Assembly: GCA_951406725.2 (NCBI GenBank)
Contig: OX597819.1
Coordinates: forward strand, 72,540,001 to 72,604,000
Direction: 5' to 3'
DNA length: 64,000 nucleotides
Source of the DNA: Octopus vulgaris
Taxonomy: Eukaryota
Shown here one piece after another: positions 36,338 through 50,370 of the stretch. A program made the translations under genes and the position numbers. The first letter of the stretch is position 1. The number at the start of each line of letters is the position of its first letter. Under the pieces are notes generated by a model. That model was not told the DNA's origin and searched no databases. It saw only the letters and a list, made by a program, of their open reading frames with translations.

Positions 36338-36552
36338 CCCTTTCATTACTGTATTTATTTTGAGATGTTCTTTGTTTCTTTCAGTTAATTTAAATATAAC
36401 AAAGAATTTAGTAAAATAATTTAGTTATTATGAAGCTATTGTTAGGAGCATAAATTGTGACTAAGGCTTGGTGGAAGATTTTAATTCAAAACTTATGAAA
36501 ACAAGACATTTGTACTACAGAGCCAGTTTCAGCTGGGTTGGTAACGAAAGGG
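36338..36552. mobile_element. TTAA-flanked MITE, same family as 17218-17437
   Basis: TTAA|CCCTTTCATTAC...GTAACGAAAGGG|TTAA. Confidence 0.85.
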
Positions 36553-37437
36553 TTAATCAGGTTTGGCCCGGGATAAAATAACAACTGCTGTAGAATTCTT
36601 CAATTTATTGGTTCTTATTTTTTCAGAATGACATTTTCTCTTTCACTCATATTGTTTCAAATGAATATTTTTACTGTATTAAGCTACTCTAACCAGCCTA
36701 GCAGATAACCCTTCAGTTTTTGATGGAATTCATTATCTACTTGTTAAGATAACAAAGTCTGTGTAGTAGAGGCAATGATCATTTCTTGTCAGACCTTATG
36801 AAGACAATCTTAAACAGCAAAGCAAAAAAAAAAAATGTAATTGGACATTGATTTATCTAAAATGGGGTCAATGTAAATTACTAAACCCCCCCCCCTCCTC
36901 TTTATAGCGTTTTGCCTTTCTGAATTCAAATTCTGCCAAAGTTGACTTTGCCTTTTGTCCTTTCAGGGTCGATAAAATAAGTACCAGTCATGTACTGTGA
37001 TTGATGTAATTGGCTTATCCCCTGCCCTGAACTTGCTAGCAGAATCATTAGCATCCAGGGCAAAATGCTTAGTGGCATTTTGTCCATGTTTATGTTTTGA
37101 GTTAAAATTCCGCCAAGGTTGACTTTGCTTTTCATCCTTTCAGGGTTGATAAAATAAGTGCCAGATGAACACTGAAATCGCTGGCCTTGTGCCAAAATCT
37201 GAAACCAATATTGTTGTTATTAAGAGAGGGAACTGGCGGAATTGTTAGCACACTGGGCAAATTGTTTAACAGCATTTCAGTTGTCTTTATGATCTGAGTT
37301 CAAATTCTGCGGAAGTCAATTTTGCCTTTCATTCTTTCAAGGAGATAAAATAAGTACCAGTTTAATGCTGGGGTTGATGTAATCAACTTTCCCCATCCCA
37401 AAATTTCAGGCCTGGTGCTTATGGTGAAAAAGGATTG

Positions 37438-37810
37438 TTACCTTAGTGAAGGCAGAGGTATTGTTTTCAGTTGTGTTTGTTTGTTTGTTTGTTTGTCTGT
37501 CTGTGGACAAGATATCTCAAGAACTGCTGGATGGATTCAGATGAAACTTTCAGGGATGTTTGGCCTTGTGACTGGCACAAACTGATTAGATTTGGAGATC
37601 GAACTGGTACCGGACAAGGATTCTGGATCATTTGTTATATTTACTTCACTCAATTTTTGAGAGCGGTCAGGTTCATTTTTAGTACTCTCCTTTGTGAGAG
37701 CAGTCGAGTTTATTTCAGATATTCTCATTTTAAAAATCATCTCTGGCTAATCATTGAGAAGATGTTGGTGTTGCCTTGGTGGAGGTGTGCACTCTCTGGG
37801 TGCTCTTGTT
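37438..37810 (+). mobile_element. Helentron-associated non-autonomous element (HINE/DINE-1-like)
   Basis: 5' (GTTT/GTCT)n microsatellite, subterminal inverted repeat, 3' hairpin GCACTCTCTGGGTGC followed by TCTTGTT; second copy at 40995-41344. Confidence 0.65.
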
Positions 37811-38799
37811 GTTGTTATTAAGGTAGGGAACTGGCGGAATTGATAGCACACGGGACAAATTGTTTATCAGCATTTCAGTTGTCTTTATGATCTGAGTTCA
37901 AATTTCACCGCAGTCAGCTTTGTCTCTTATAAAATAAGTACTAGTTTAATGCTGGGGTTGATGTAATCAACTTACCCCTCCCCAATATTTCAGACCTGGT
38001 GCTTATAGTAGAAAAAGGATTATTATAAATATTTTTATTTGATTCCAAAAGCTACTAAGCTGTTGTTTTAGGAAAAAAACATAAGAATTTATACAATCTT
38101 GATTGTTCTTTTTTCTTTTCTGTTTTTGACATTTTGAGAAATCGGTTCATCATACAGGTGATTGTGAAATCTAATCAGTCACTCACCTTTACAGGCAGGT
38201 GTGATATGTTATGAGTAAGTTTCAAAATAATAATAATAATAATAATAATAGAAATTAATCTATTGTGCCCGTTAACTGATAAAAGTTAATTTCTTGATTT
38301 CTCTATATTGATTTCTGACAAATGACTCATTTATGGCATACGACATACAACTACTGGATTCCCCCACCCCACCCCCACATCATTTTCAGTATCTTACTGA
38401 TACATACTTCATTAGCCCACCCTCCACCTCCACTACATGTACACTCAGACACAGGAAAAATAATAGGTTTGATTCTGGGTTAATTAAACACTGAGCCTAG
38501 CAAGATGAGACCTCAAATGAGGACATGCAATTTACCAGACATAGCAGCCAGAGGTCAGACAAATCATTGTCTACTATCTTGAAATATGGCAAAGTCATCT
38601 TGAGTAATAGAGTCCTAGATACACTTTTGCAGAAAGAAAAAAGTACACTAGTTGCAACTGGAGCATTTTTTCATGGTAGTCGACTGGTCAGTCCTTAGGT
38701 GACCTGTGGTTAAACAACTGCTAAATTAAACACTGCAATTCATTGACTTGAGTATTCTATTGTCTCAGCCATATTTCATCTTATTTAATTAATGGAGTG

Positions 38800-39545
38800 A
38801 TTTGGATGCCACACCCTAGCAGTTGAGGAGAACCTGTGGAAGAGGTAGACTCAGGAAGACCTGGGATAAGGTGGTAAAGCATGACCTTTGAACATTAGGC
38901 CTCACCATGGCAATGACTAGTGACTGGGACCTTTGTAAATATGCTGTGCTTGAGAAGACCCGGCAAGCCAAGTGAGACCATAACCTCGTGGCCTATGCCA
39001 GGGGTGTAATCAGCCCATTTATGTGTACCTTTCCTTCATTGGACACTAAACTCTGCTTGTGAAGACCTATTGAGGCAAGTGAAATCGAAATCAAATTCGA
39101 TGACTAACATCAGCGCTAGTGGAGCACTAAGAGCACCATCCGAGCATGATCGTTGCCAGAGCAGCAAACTGGCTTCCATGCCAGTGGCACGTAAAAAGCA
39201 CTATTCGAGCGGGATCCTTACCAGCGTTGCCTTACTGGCACGTGAAAAAACATTCAAGCGAGGTCATTGCCAGTGCTGCTGGACTGGCTCCTGTGCAGGT
39301 GGTACGTAAAAAACACCATTTGAGCATGGCTGTTGCCAGTACCACCTGACTGGCCCTCATGCCAGTGGCACGTAAAACCACCCACTACACTCTCAGAGTG
39401 GTTGGCGTTAGGAAGGGCATCCAGCTATAGAAACTCTGCCAGATCAGATTGGAACTTGGTGCAGCCATCTGGTTCGCCAGTGCTCAGTCAAATCGTCCAA
39501 CCCATGCTAGCATGGAAAGCAGATGTTAAATAATGATGATGATGA
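38800..39545 (+). mobile_element. RTE 3' fragment
   Basis: End of RT ORF, tandem 3' UTR units and (GAT)n tail. Confidence 0.85.
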
Positions 39546-39555
39546 ATATGTGTCA

Positions 39556-40207
39556 ACATCATCATTTAATGTCTGTTGTTCATGCTGGCATGGATTGGAC
39601 AGTTTGACCAGAGCTGGAAGGCTGCACCAGACTCCAGTCTGATCTGGCAAGGTGTTCTACAATTAGGTGCCCTTCCTAATGCCAACCACTTCAATAGTGT
39701 AATGGGTGCCAGTTGTGTGACACCAACATCAGCCATGACTATGATCACTCACTTTGATGGATCTTCTCAAGCACAGCATATTGCCGAAGGTCTTGGTCAT
39801 TTGTCATTGCCTCCATGTGGCCCAATGCTCGAAAGGTGCTTTTTATGTACCAGTTATGCAACACTGGCATCAGTAACATTGCCTCCAGGAAGCCCAGTGC
39901 TCAAAAGGAGCTTTTTATGTGCCACCAGCACAGGTGCCATTTACATGACACGAGCATCAGCTACAACTATGATCTCACTTGGCTTGACAGCCTATCATCA
40001 AAGGTCTCGCTCACCGGTCATTGCCTCCAGGAGGCCCAACATTCAAAAATCATGCTTCACCCCCTTGCCTCATGTCTTCCTGGGCCTACCTCACCCTCAG
40101 GTTCCCTCCTCAGTTAGAAATTGGCACTTCTTTACACAGCTGTCCTCATCCATATGCATTACATAACCATACCAGTGCATTCATCCCTCTTGCACACCAC
40201 ATCTGAT
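39556..40207 (-). mobile_element. RTE 3' fragment, tail-to-tail with the preceding copy
   Basis: CATCATCATTTAATGTC.. tail and sequence homologous to 14080-14270. Confidence 0.85.
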
Positions 40208-40994
40208 GGGCAGGCAACTCTAAACAAACTGGAAAGTTTAACTTCTTTATAAGAAATCAGTTAATATTTACTAATTGAAGGTAGTGAGCTGGCAGAATCC
40301 TTGCAGCCCTGGGCAAAATGTGTAGTGGAATTTTGTGTCCTTACATTCTGAGTTCAAATTCTGCCAAGGTGGACTTTGCCTTTCATCCTTTTGGTGTTGA
40401 TAAAGTAAGTACCAGTTGTGTACTGGGGTTGATGTAATCAACTTACTCCCTCCCTCAAACTTGTTATTTACTAATTGAAGGAGGTGAGCTGGCCGAATCA
40501 TTATAGTGCTGGGGAAAATGCTTTACAGCTTTTTTTTACATTCTGAGTTCAAACCTTGCTGAGGCTGACTTTGCCTTTCGGGGTTCGATGTAATTGACTT
40601 ATCCTCTTTCTCAGAAATTGCTGAAGCCAGTATTATTTAGAACCAGAGAACATCGACTGCCAGCCAGGACAAAATATATGGATGGTACGCAAAGCAGTGG
40701 TGTAAAATAAACTATGAGCACTAGAGCATTAGATACTGAAAATAAGAGAAAAGAATCACAGCTTTTGAAATGAAAAGCTGTATCATGAGGCCTTGTATTC
40801 TATATGCAAAACATCAAACTAAGAAAGTGTTAGTTTGCATAAATGGTGAACCATAAGATATAAGTCAGTTGCCAACAGACAAGAAAATGGTGTGATGTTG
40901 ATCATGCATCATGGCATTTCATATGTCTAGTAAACCTGATTATACATGGACAAGGTAACCCTTTAGCATTCAAATTACTTTGTCAAATGTAAGG

Positions 40995-41344
40995 CTTAGT
41001 GAAAGCAGAAGTATTGTTTTCAGTCATGTTTGCTTGTTTGTTTGTCCTTGGACAAGATATCTCAAGAACAGCTGGATGGATTTGGAAGAAACTTTTAGGG
41101 ATGTTTGGCCTCCTGACTGGCACAAACTGATTAGATTTTGGGATCAATCTGGTACCAGACAAGGATTCTGGATTATTTTTCCTGGTTTTTGTACTTAATT
41201 TTTGAGAGCGGTCAGGTTCACTTTTATTATTCTCGTTTGTGAGAGCAGTCGAGTTTATTTCAGATATTCTCATTTTAAAAATCCTCTCTGGCTGATCATC
41301 GATGTTGCCTTGACAGAGGTTTGCGCTCTCTCAGTGCTCTTGTT
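40995..41344 (+). mobile_element. HINE-like element inserted into a TTAA MITE
   Basis: Homologous to 37438-37810; flanks match the two halves of the 18336-18541 MITE. Confidence 0.65.
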
Positions 41345-42862
41345 CACCTTGTTTTTAATTAATCCCGCATTATCTCAAAGCTTCAAGGTTATGATGATAG
41401 GATTGTTTATCTTTACAATAACATTGTAGGGTAGGTGTGAGAGGCCAGATCTGGTCAGTTTGAACATAAAACGGGAGAATATTTGGGCACCAGATATGTC
41501 TAGTTTAAATGCTTAAGGATTAATAATGAGGTATAAGGGAAGGTTACTAGTGAGGTTGTTGGATGTCATGAACAAAATACCCCTTCCTTAGTCATTGAGG
41601 TATAGAAAGGTTAGCAATGGGGTGGTTGGACAATGTTAAAGAAGGATAGGGAGAAAGTTAGTGGACAACATGTGGTTGGTTGATGACCAGGAAACATGGA
41701 TGGAGAAGGTTACAGCTTTTGCTGTGCACTTTTGGCTAAGGATTTTTATCAGTTGATGAAAAGGGCAATAGAGAGTACTTATCTCACATTTAATCCTTTA
41801 TCTTATTTCTGTTGCAGTGCAATACATTTTGTTTAATTGATTTTGTATATAATGAAAAATTTAGTAAAAATAATTTTATCATTATTAAGCCGGGGTTTGG
41901 AGCAAAAATTAGTATGAAATTTTAAGGTTTCAATTTAGCTCCCTTTAAAATTAGGAAGTTTCTATCATAAATCAAGGATGATCCCAGACACACTCTTTTG
42001 TTACTATATTTCTGGAAGAAACACCCTGTCTTGTTTCAATTAATTTTGAAAATAGTGAAGACTTTTGTAAAATAGCTGCCATTGTTAAGCTGATATTTAG
42101 AACATGGGAAATTTTGATGGAAAGTTTTAATTTAGACCAATTTAAAACAGGAAGGTTGTATCATAGAACCAAGAAGAATGACCCTAGGCTGGTTGGTATG
42201 AAAAGGTTTAACCAACAATTGGAACTACGTCACCTCTGGTTGCCAGGAGCTGACTGCTGTCTCTTCCGCATTCATTACCTAATTGCTAATTAACAGTTGG
42301 TTTTGACTTTCAAAGTAGTATAAAATTTCATCTCTCTCTCTCCTTCTCTGTCTTTCTCCCTTTTCTTTCTCTCTTTCTCTTGCCCTTCTTCCCCCCCTCC
42401 CCCAATTGAAACAGGATATTTTCAAGATCACTAGTCCAGCTCTTAGCAACCTTACATTGATTTGCAACTGGGCTGCAAAGCTTCTGTTAGTCAGGCTTTC
42501 TTCATATTTGCACTACGTCCATCTGTATGGGAAATCCTAACAATCATTTTACACAAATCTCATGATTTGTTTTTTAATAACTGTTCTACATAAATTGTTA
42601 TAAAAATACCACTCACATATGCATGCCATCATCATTTTAACATCCAGTCTCCCATGCTCACATAGATTGGATGGAATTAGTTGAGGCATAGTTTTTCCTA
42701 TGGCCAGATACCGTTCTTGTCACCAACCTCCATCTGTTTCCAAATGAAATAACATTCCCCCATCGCTGGTCATATTTTCATGGAAGATTTGAAGCAAAGG
42801 ACACTGCCTGCATGACAGTGGCACTCATTTACAACAATCATGCAAAGTTGAAGCCAAGACAC

Positions 42863-42924
<62 letters not shown>

Positions 42925-44523
42925 GGTTTCAGTTTCCATCTGCCAAATCAACTTACCAGGCTTTGGCCAGCCTGGAGATATAATAGAAGAAACTTGCCCA
43001 AGGTGTCACAGAATGGAACTAAACCCAAAACTGTAGTTGGGAAACCAACATCTTACCACACAGCCATACCTGTACCTATATGATAATTATTATTTAACTT
43101 TTCTCACATTTCCTGTTGCTTATTACAAGATGATGAAATTAATATTAATTATCAAAAGAAAAATATTTATTACCTTAAAATCAAATCAAACAAAACAAAT
43201 TTCTCATTTGTATATCTGCGATAGATATATTATTCCCACTTATTGTTACCACCCCCCAATGTCCATCAAAGGCATACCCCGACACATCTCCACTACCATC
43301 TCTCTCTCTCTCTCTCTCTCTCGTAAAAAGCACCAGTTCTGGCACCACATAAAAAAACACTGGTTCTGGTGTTACATAAAAAAACACTGGTTCTGGTGTC
43401 ACATAAAAAAACACTGGTTCTGGTGTCATGTAAAAAGCACTGGAGCTGGTGCCACCCAGTACACTCTGTAAAATAGTTAGCATTAGGAAGGGTATCCAGC
43501 CATAAAAACAGTGCTGAAACAGACAATGGAACCTGGTGCAGTTCACAGCCTTGCTCACTCTTGTCAAACCATCTAACCCATCCCAGCATGGAAAGCAGAT
43601 GTTAAAATGATAATGATGATGTTATTATTTTTCTAAATTTTATCAACATAATTGCAATCTAGTCCATCAAAAACCTACCTCTGAAAAGTTAACTCTTCCC
43701 ATAACAACTCAGCTGTTTATTCCTTCTCCTTCTTGTCCTCTGTCTCTATGGATCTTTGTCTCTCACTCTGTGTATGGTCATGTGTAGTCCCTTTACTCAT
43801 TGCCTGCCACCAAGCTTAGCATGTGCACTCATCGTGCATCTCTTGTGTTAACTCTTTTTGAATTTCTTTTATAGCTGCCCCCTCTCTATATATATCCCTC
43901 CCCTATCGCGGACTTTTCTGGCTAATATATGTAAATTTATATTGCAGACTCCTCAGTATATCCAGGTTTCTGTGGCCAATAGGTGTTTATATCTTTTTAG
44001 ATTTTTAACTATTTCTGTAGGCAGTTTTGGAACATAATACCTGTGGTAGTTAAAGGATTACTGTATATGCTGTAAAGTGTGACTAGAGAAATTAACCAAC
44101 CAACAAACAATTATATTGACTGTTATATATATGTGTGTATGTGTTTGAGTTCATGTTTCCCCTCATCTTCACATATGTTCACTGATTGTAAACCATAACT
44201 TCACTGTTGATGGAAACAATGACATTTGCTGACAGTCTGTTGTGAAAGTACACTGGGGCTTTTTCACGTCTTGCGAGATCTTTGTAAGTAAAAGGTCTGT
44301 TCAAAGCAGAGTTATATATTTCCAGTTCTCCACACAACCACATCCATGATTTTTGTTGTCCAGTAGACTGGGAGATGATTACCTTGCTTGGAAACAGGTG
44401 GAATTGCTGTCAGGAAGGACATCTGGCTGTAGAAAACACTGACTCAACTTACTCCATGCAAACATAGAAAAGTAGACATCAAAATAAGTGAAACAACTGT
44501 GTGTGAGTGTGTAGGTACATGAA

Positions 44524-44860
44524 GGCACATGGCTTAGTGGTTAGGGTATTTGGCTCACAATTGTAAGATTGTGAGTTCAATTTCCAGTGGTGCATTGTGC
44601 AAGACACTTTATTTCCAGTGGTGCATTGAGCAAGACACTTTATTTCACATTGCTCCAAGCCACTCAGCTGGCAAAAGTAAGTTGTATCTGTAATTCAAAG
44701 GGCCAGCCTTGTCACATTCTGTGTCATGCTGAATCTCTCAGAGAACTACGTTAAGAGTTTGTGTGTCTGTGGAGTACTCAGCCACTTGCATGTTAATTTC
44801 ATGAGCAGGCTGTTCCATCGATTGGATCAACTGGAACTCTTGTCTCATAACCAGCAGAGT
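44524..44860 (+). mobile_element. Further tRNA-derived SINE family with an internal ~31 bp duplication
   Basis: A box TGGCTTAGTGG, B-box-like GAGTTCAATTTC; TTTCCAGTGGTGCATTG(T/A)GCAAGACACTTTAT occurs twice. Confidence 0.65.
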
Positions 44861-45263
44861 ACTGGTTTATAGGTACAGACATGGTTGTGTGCTTAAGAAG
44901 CTCCCTTTGCAACCATGTGGCTTTGGGTTCAGTCCCACTGTGTAGTGCTTTCGGCAAGTGTCTTTTACTATAGTTCTGGGCCCACCAATGCCCTGTGAAT
45001 GAATTTAGGAAATGAAAACTGTATGGAACCCCATTATATGTGTATTCTTTTATTCTTTTACTTGTTTCAATAATTTGACTGCGGCCATATTGGAGCACCA
45101 CCTTTAGTTGAAGAAATTGACCCCAGGACTTATTCTTTATAAGCTTAGTACTTATTCTATCAGTTCCTTTTGCTGAACTGCTAAGTTACAGGGACATAAA
45201 CACACCAACATTGGTTGTCAAGCAATGGTGGGGGAGACAAATACAGATACACAAACATATACA

Positions 45264-45317
<54 letters not shown>

Positions 45318-45963
45318 CAAGCTTCTTTCAGTTTCCATCTGCCAAATCCACTCACAAAACTTTGGTCGGCTCAAGGCTATAGTGGAAGACACCCGATGTG
45401 CCAGTCTGGAACTGAACCTGGAACCATGTGGTTGGAAAGTAAGCTTCTTACCACACACCCATGCCTGCACCTGTGTGTGTCTTTGTGTTTGTCTCCTATC
45501 ACCACTTGACGGTTGGTGTTTGTTTATGTCCTTATAATGTAGCTTCAGCAAAGGATACCAATAGAATAAGTACCAGAGTCAATTTCTTTGACAAAATCAT
45601 TCAAGACAGTGCTCCAGCATGGCCACAGCCGTGTGGCTGAAACAAGTAAAAGGTAAAAAAGATATGCAGCTGGATATCCTTGCCTCTGTCCGTCCCCTCC
45701 CCCCCTCCTTGCCACCTCTTCCACAAATAGTGTAAATGTATAATTTTTCAGGCTGGAATTTTCTGGTTCTTTCTGAAAACTACACTTAAAGAAGATTAAA
45801 TTAAAAAGCATCCATAAGTCAGTGATGATGATAATGATAGTTTGCTTGAAGACTTCCATAGGAGTGTTCCATTTTCAGGCATATTACAACCATCTCCTTT
45901 CTAAATTTTATCTCCTTAAACTCTATATAGAACACATTCTCACTGATGGACCAATGAAAACTC

Positions 45964-45996
<33 letters not shown>

Positions 45997-48989
45997 CCAC
46001 CACCACCACCCAAAAAAATTACTATTTATTATCATTACGTTTTTGTTTTTGGTTGTTTTTTTTCGCACAGTGACTCACTATTTCCTCTGTTAAAAATGTC
46101 TATTTATAAGAGAGGCCTATCACTCCATTTCTCTTCATGCTCACACAACTCTGTATTGAAGACGCCAGCTTTTGTTGTGTTCAACGAAGAAAAAAAAAAA
46201 ACCCAGTTCTTTATCTGTCTTGAAATGCAGAGTTAGGATAAACTATAATGATTAAGATAAACGAAACAAAAACATTTGATGAATTTGTAACGTAACTCTA
46301 CCTGGGAAAACAAGACGACTGCAATGTAAGCAGCAATTGAGTTTGTTGAACATACTTCTAGCCTTATGCATGTACATGTATGCATGTATGTGTGTGTATG
46401 TGTTTTATTTCTAGAATTGGCAGTATGTCTATTACTTGAAAACTATTGCCTATAACAATCATTGAGTTGCATCTTCAGTTCCATCCGTTATTCTTCCTAG
46501 CTTGTTGACTGTATACCACCTCCCCCTAAACCCACATGAAGCACAATAATTGTTCTTCTTCCTACTGCCGGCACCTGACTATCAGAGACCTTGTAAAACC
46601 TTCAAGGTCATTGGAGCAGATAAAAGGCTGACATTGGCCTTGGTTGTATGATATTGCTGAAACAGGAGTAGACCAGCATCTTCCAATCCACCGCTGCTAA
46701 TACAGAGGTGGCCCAGCAGTTTTATAGAAAATAAAGATGATTTGGTAGTTTTTATAGTTCAAGAAAGAGCTACTGATATTCCTGTAGCTGCTAGACTATA
46801 TCATTATCATCATTCACCATCCATATTCTTTGCTGGTATGGGTTGGATGGTTTGACCAAGGTACAATGGGCCCAAGCACTGTATTATGAGCCACTGTCTG
46901 CTTTGGCATGGTTTCTATGCCCTTCCTAATGCCAACCACTTCATGCTCATACTGGGTGTGCTTTTTTCATGGCACCTTTACTATTGTTGAGGTCACGATA
47001 CAACTTGCAAGACTATGAACCCCAAAGGGGGCAGTTTTATCCTTGAAGATGGGGAGTAAAAGTAAGAGAAAAGGAGCTGGAACAACAGGCTTTTTGCTGT
47101 TGAGTATTTTAGAAGAGAAGATGAGAGTGGTTGCGGTGGAGCTGGAATACAATGAAAATGGTGGTGATTAGGAGAAGTGAGCAGGGACAGAGAGATCAAG
47201 AGTGTGGTGGGAGGGAGGAGGGAGTAGGAGATGACTGACTGCAGAAAAGAAGGACTATAGAGAGAAAGCTGACATGTTGGGTAAGTTGAAGGAGAAGATG
47301 GGAAAGAGAGAGGCAGGCATAGTGCATGAGGTGGGACAACATGTGGTGTGGTGGCAGACAGAAGAGGAGATAGTGACATGGTGGAAGGAAGGGGGGCAAT
47401 GAAAGTGTTGCAGGTAGGGAACAGTATGAATGGATGATGGATGGATAACAAGTGAACTGGTTCTGGGTAGTAAGAAAATTAAGTGGTATGAAGGAAGAGC
47501 TATAGTTAAGGTGTTTGGTGGTGGGATGTCTTGAAGAGAAAAGAAAATAGGTGAAGGATCTTGATAAAATATAATTAAAATGCCCTCTAAGAGCTAAATG
47601 GTAGGATTTAAAGGTTAACACTTCAAAACAATAAAATATACACCATTTCCATTCTGCTATGCCTCTGTTACATCACTACTTTGTTGGCAGTTATATGTAG
47701 TGTTACATATGATGAGAGAGAAATTTCTTCATGGATAGGATACAGCTCCAGCACAGATATTTCTTCTATGAAATTAAAGTTAGCATTTCAAGTGAAGGAC
47801 ATACATATCAGCTCTACCCTGTTGTCCTCCTCTGTTGATAAGGTTGAATCACATTTCTTTGTGATGCCTTATCAAAGCTAACATACCCAGATGATCCTTC
47901 ACATATTTTCAACAGATAAACCAACTGTAACAATATTCTACCCAGAACACTATGAAATTCATGCAGCATATTTGAACTCGCAACCTATGAGCAGATAATA
48001 CCATACCTTATCCACTTGACCGTATCACCACCTTTATTTGAGTGATGAGGTCATAAATGTATGACAAAAAGACTTTGACACTTGATGATGATGATGATAA
48101 TAATAATAAACCTGGTTTTACGTTATAGCGAGTTTCACTAGATGGTGGTGGTGGTGGTGGTGGAAATATGACCATGATATGAACGCTTGTTTTTTGACCC
48201 CATAAAGATAACATCATCACATCTCTTTCCCATACTTGTGTGGGTTGCATGGAATTTATTGAGACAGATCTTTTGATGGTCAGATGCCCTTCTTGTCATC
48301 AATCCCTGTTACTATGTATATATAGGCATCTATCTATTGCCAATGAGCTAAAAATGAATCTTAACACAGTGTCTCACACTGCTAGAAATATCAGTCAAAT
48401 CTCCTTCAAATCATCATTCATCATCGTTTAACATCCGCTTTCCATGCTAGCATGGGTTGAACGATTTGACTGAGGACTGGTGAACCAGATGGCTGCACCA
48501 GGCTCCAATCTTCATTTGGCAGAGTTTCTACAGTTGAATGCCCTTCCTAACACCAACCACTCCAAGAGTGTAGTGGGTGCTTTTACGTGCCACTGGCACG
48601 AGGGCCAGTCAGGTGGTACTGGCAACAGCCACACTCAAATGGTGTATTTTATGTACCACCTGCACAGGAGCCAGTCCAGCTGCACTGGCAACAACCTCGC
48701 TCGAATGTTTTTTCATGTGCCAGTAAGGCAACGCTGGTAACGATCACGCTCAAATGGTGCTTTTTATATGCCACTGGCATGGAAGCCAGTTAGCTGCTCT
48801 GGCAACGATCACGTTCGGATGATGCTCTTATCGCTCCACTAGCCTTCTAGCATATTAAAATAAAGAACAATTGCACAAAGTAGTTCTGAGAAAAGAAAAA
48901 AAAGACGAGAAGGTCATGGCTGGAACATCTCTGATTGCAGATCTGCCAGATCAGAGCTAGGGTGAGGTTAAACAACATCTAGAATTATC

Positions 48990-49630
48990 AATAGTTTCTG
49001 TCTCATTAACAACCAAGGATCTGTTGAGCTTCTGTTTGGTAGAATTTGCAGGTAATACTTGACACGGATCACGATGTGAACATTCCTAAAACCAGGCAGA
49101 GATCCAGAAAATACAAAGAACTCGTCTTGTCTGTGCTTTCTGCTATGCCACTCATGTAAACTGTTTGAGTGTTTAATCTTTAACAAGCCCCCTCCTCCCC
49201 TGCTGTTGAACCAGACATTCCTCAACAGACTCAATTCCAACCTAACCAACCACACAACAAATCAACTTCTGAATCTCACTTGGTTTATTAAGGATGGACT
49301 TTAAAAAGAACTGATAAGAGGAACCAGCTTCATTGATCTATCAGCTGCTTATGACACTGTGACCTCTACTCCTGAAAAAGATTTGGGAATTGACAAAAGA
49401 CCTGGCCCTTGCTGACTCTCATTGAAGCATCCTGTTGTCTTGAACAAGCAAAGTCACTGGTGACAACAGAACTGCTTACCCAAAGGAAGAGTGCTAGTTC
49501 CACTACTGTATAACATCTACACTGATGACCAGCCAATGGACCAGAAAACTCAGTGGGTCATCTACATTCAGTGACTTCCCAAGAAAGTACATCTGAAGCA
49601 GTAGAAACAAACTTCCATCTCAGCGCTTGA
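48990..49630 (+). mobile_element. Degenerate RT fragment of an Ingi/Vingi-like LINE
   Basis: NQLLNLT.FI.DG, SFIDLSAAYDTV and LPKGRVLVPLLYNIYTDDQP across frameshifts. Confidence 0.7.
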
Positions 49631-50189
49631 TTAATTACTCTTGGCAGAAATGGTAAAGCACCAAACTAAATATCTTACAAATCTTAGGTCTGTCTCTACA
49701 TCTTGACTTTCATTGATGTGACTGTCATGAGTCTTAGACCTTTACCCTCCAAGGACAACAAATGATGATTTAAAACTTTTTAATATATTAGAGAGGGGTG
49801 TAATCGTCCTAGGGGGTAGTTGCCGTTGGGGAGAATTATCCTATGGAGTGGGGAGTAACTGTCGTTGTGGGGTAATTATCCTCAGGGGGTAATTGCCCTG
49901 ATATGGACTATCACTGCTCTAAGACAAAAATCAATAACACTCACATACTAAGGATCAATAGGATCAATAAACTATATCTCCTCTTACAAATGTGGACTCT
50001 GTAACATACCATCAGAAATTACTTTATTGATGTGTGTCAGAATAACTATGTTTCTTTTGTTGGCAGAGGGTTAGTTTAATTTAAACAGAAATTACTTCAT
50101 CATCATCATCTTCATTGTTTTTACATCAACTTTTCCATGGTGTCATGGGTTGGTCAAGACATGTTAAGGTAGCATTCTATGGCTAGATG

Positions 50190-50370
50190 CCATGCACAGC
50201 AGCCATTGAAACCAAGGATTTGTGTGCTGGAGCATTGTTCTGATAAAACAAAACCCCTTTTCTCATTTTTCTTGGGTGTTTGGCTCTTGATAGCCTTTTG
50301 TAACTGCCTTAGCATGATGGCATAGTACTTTTCATTAATGGTGGGGCCTTTTTGATAAAGCTGGAACATC
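50190..50370 (-). mobile_element. Mariner transposase fragment
   Basis: QKGPTINEKYYAIMLRQLQKAIK, then a frameshifted GVLFYQNNAPAH (HDNA.PH motif). Confidence 0.75.

Noticed and set aside
43323-43455. 27-bp tandem repeat (KKHWFWCHI-type ORF), superficially CRISPR-like
   Set aside because: No unique spacers and no cas genes; it is an amplified subunit of an RTE 3' UTR directly upstream of the RTE tail.
44524-44590. tRNA gene
   Set aside because: A/B boxes present but no complete cloverleaf; continues into a SINE body. The same applies to the other SINE heads.
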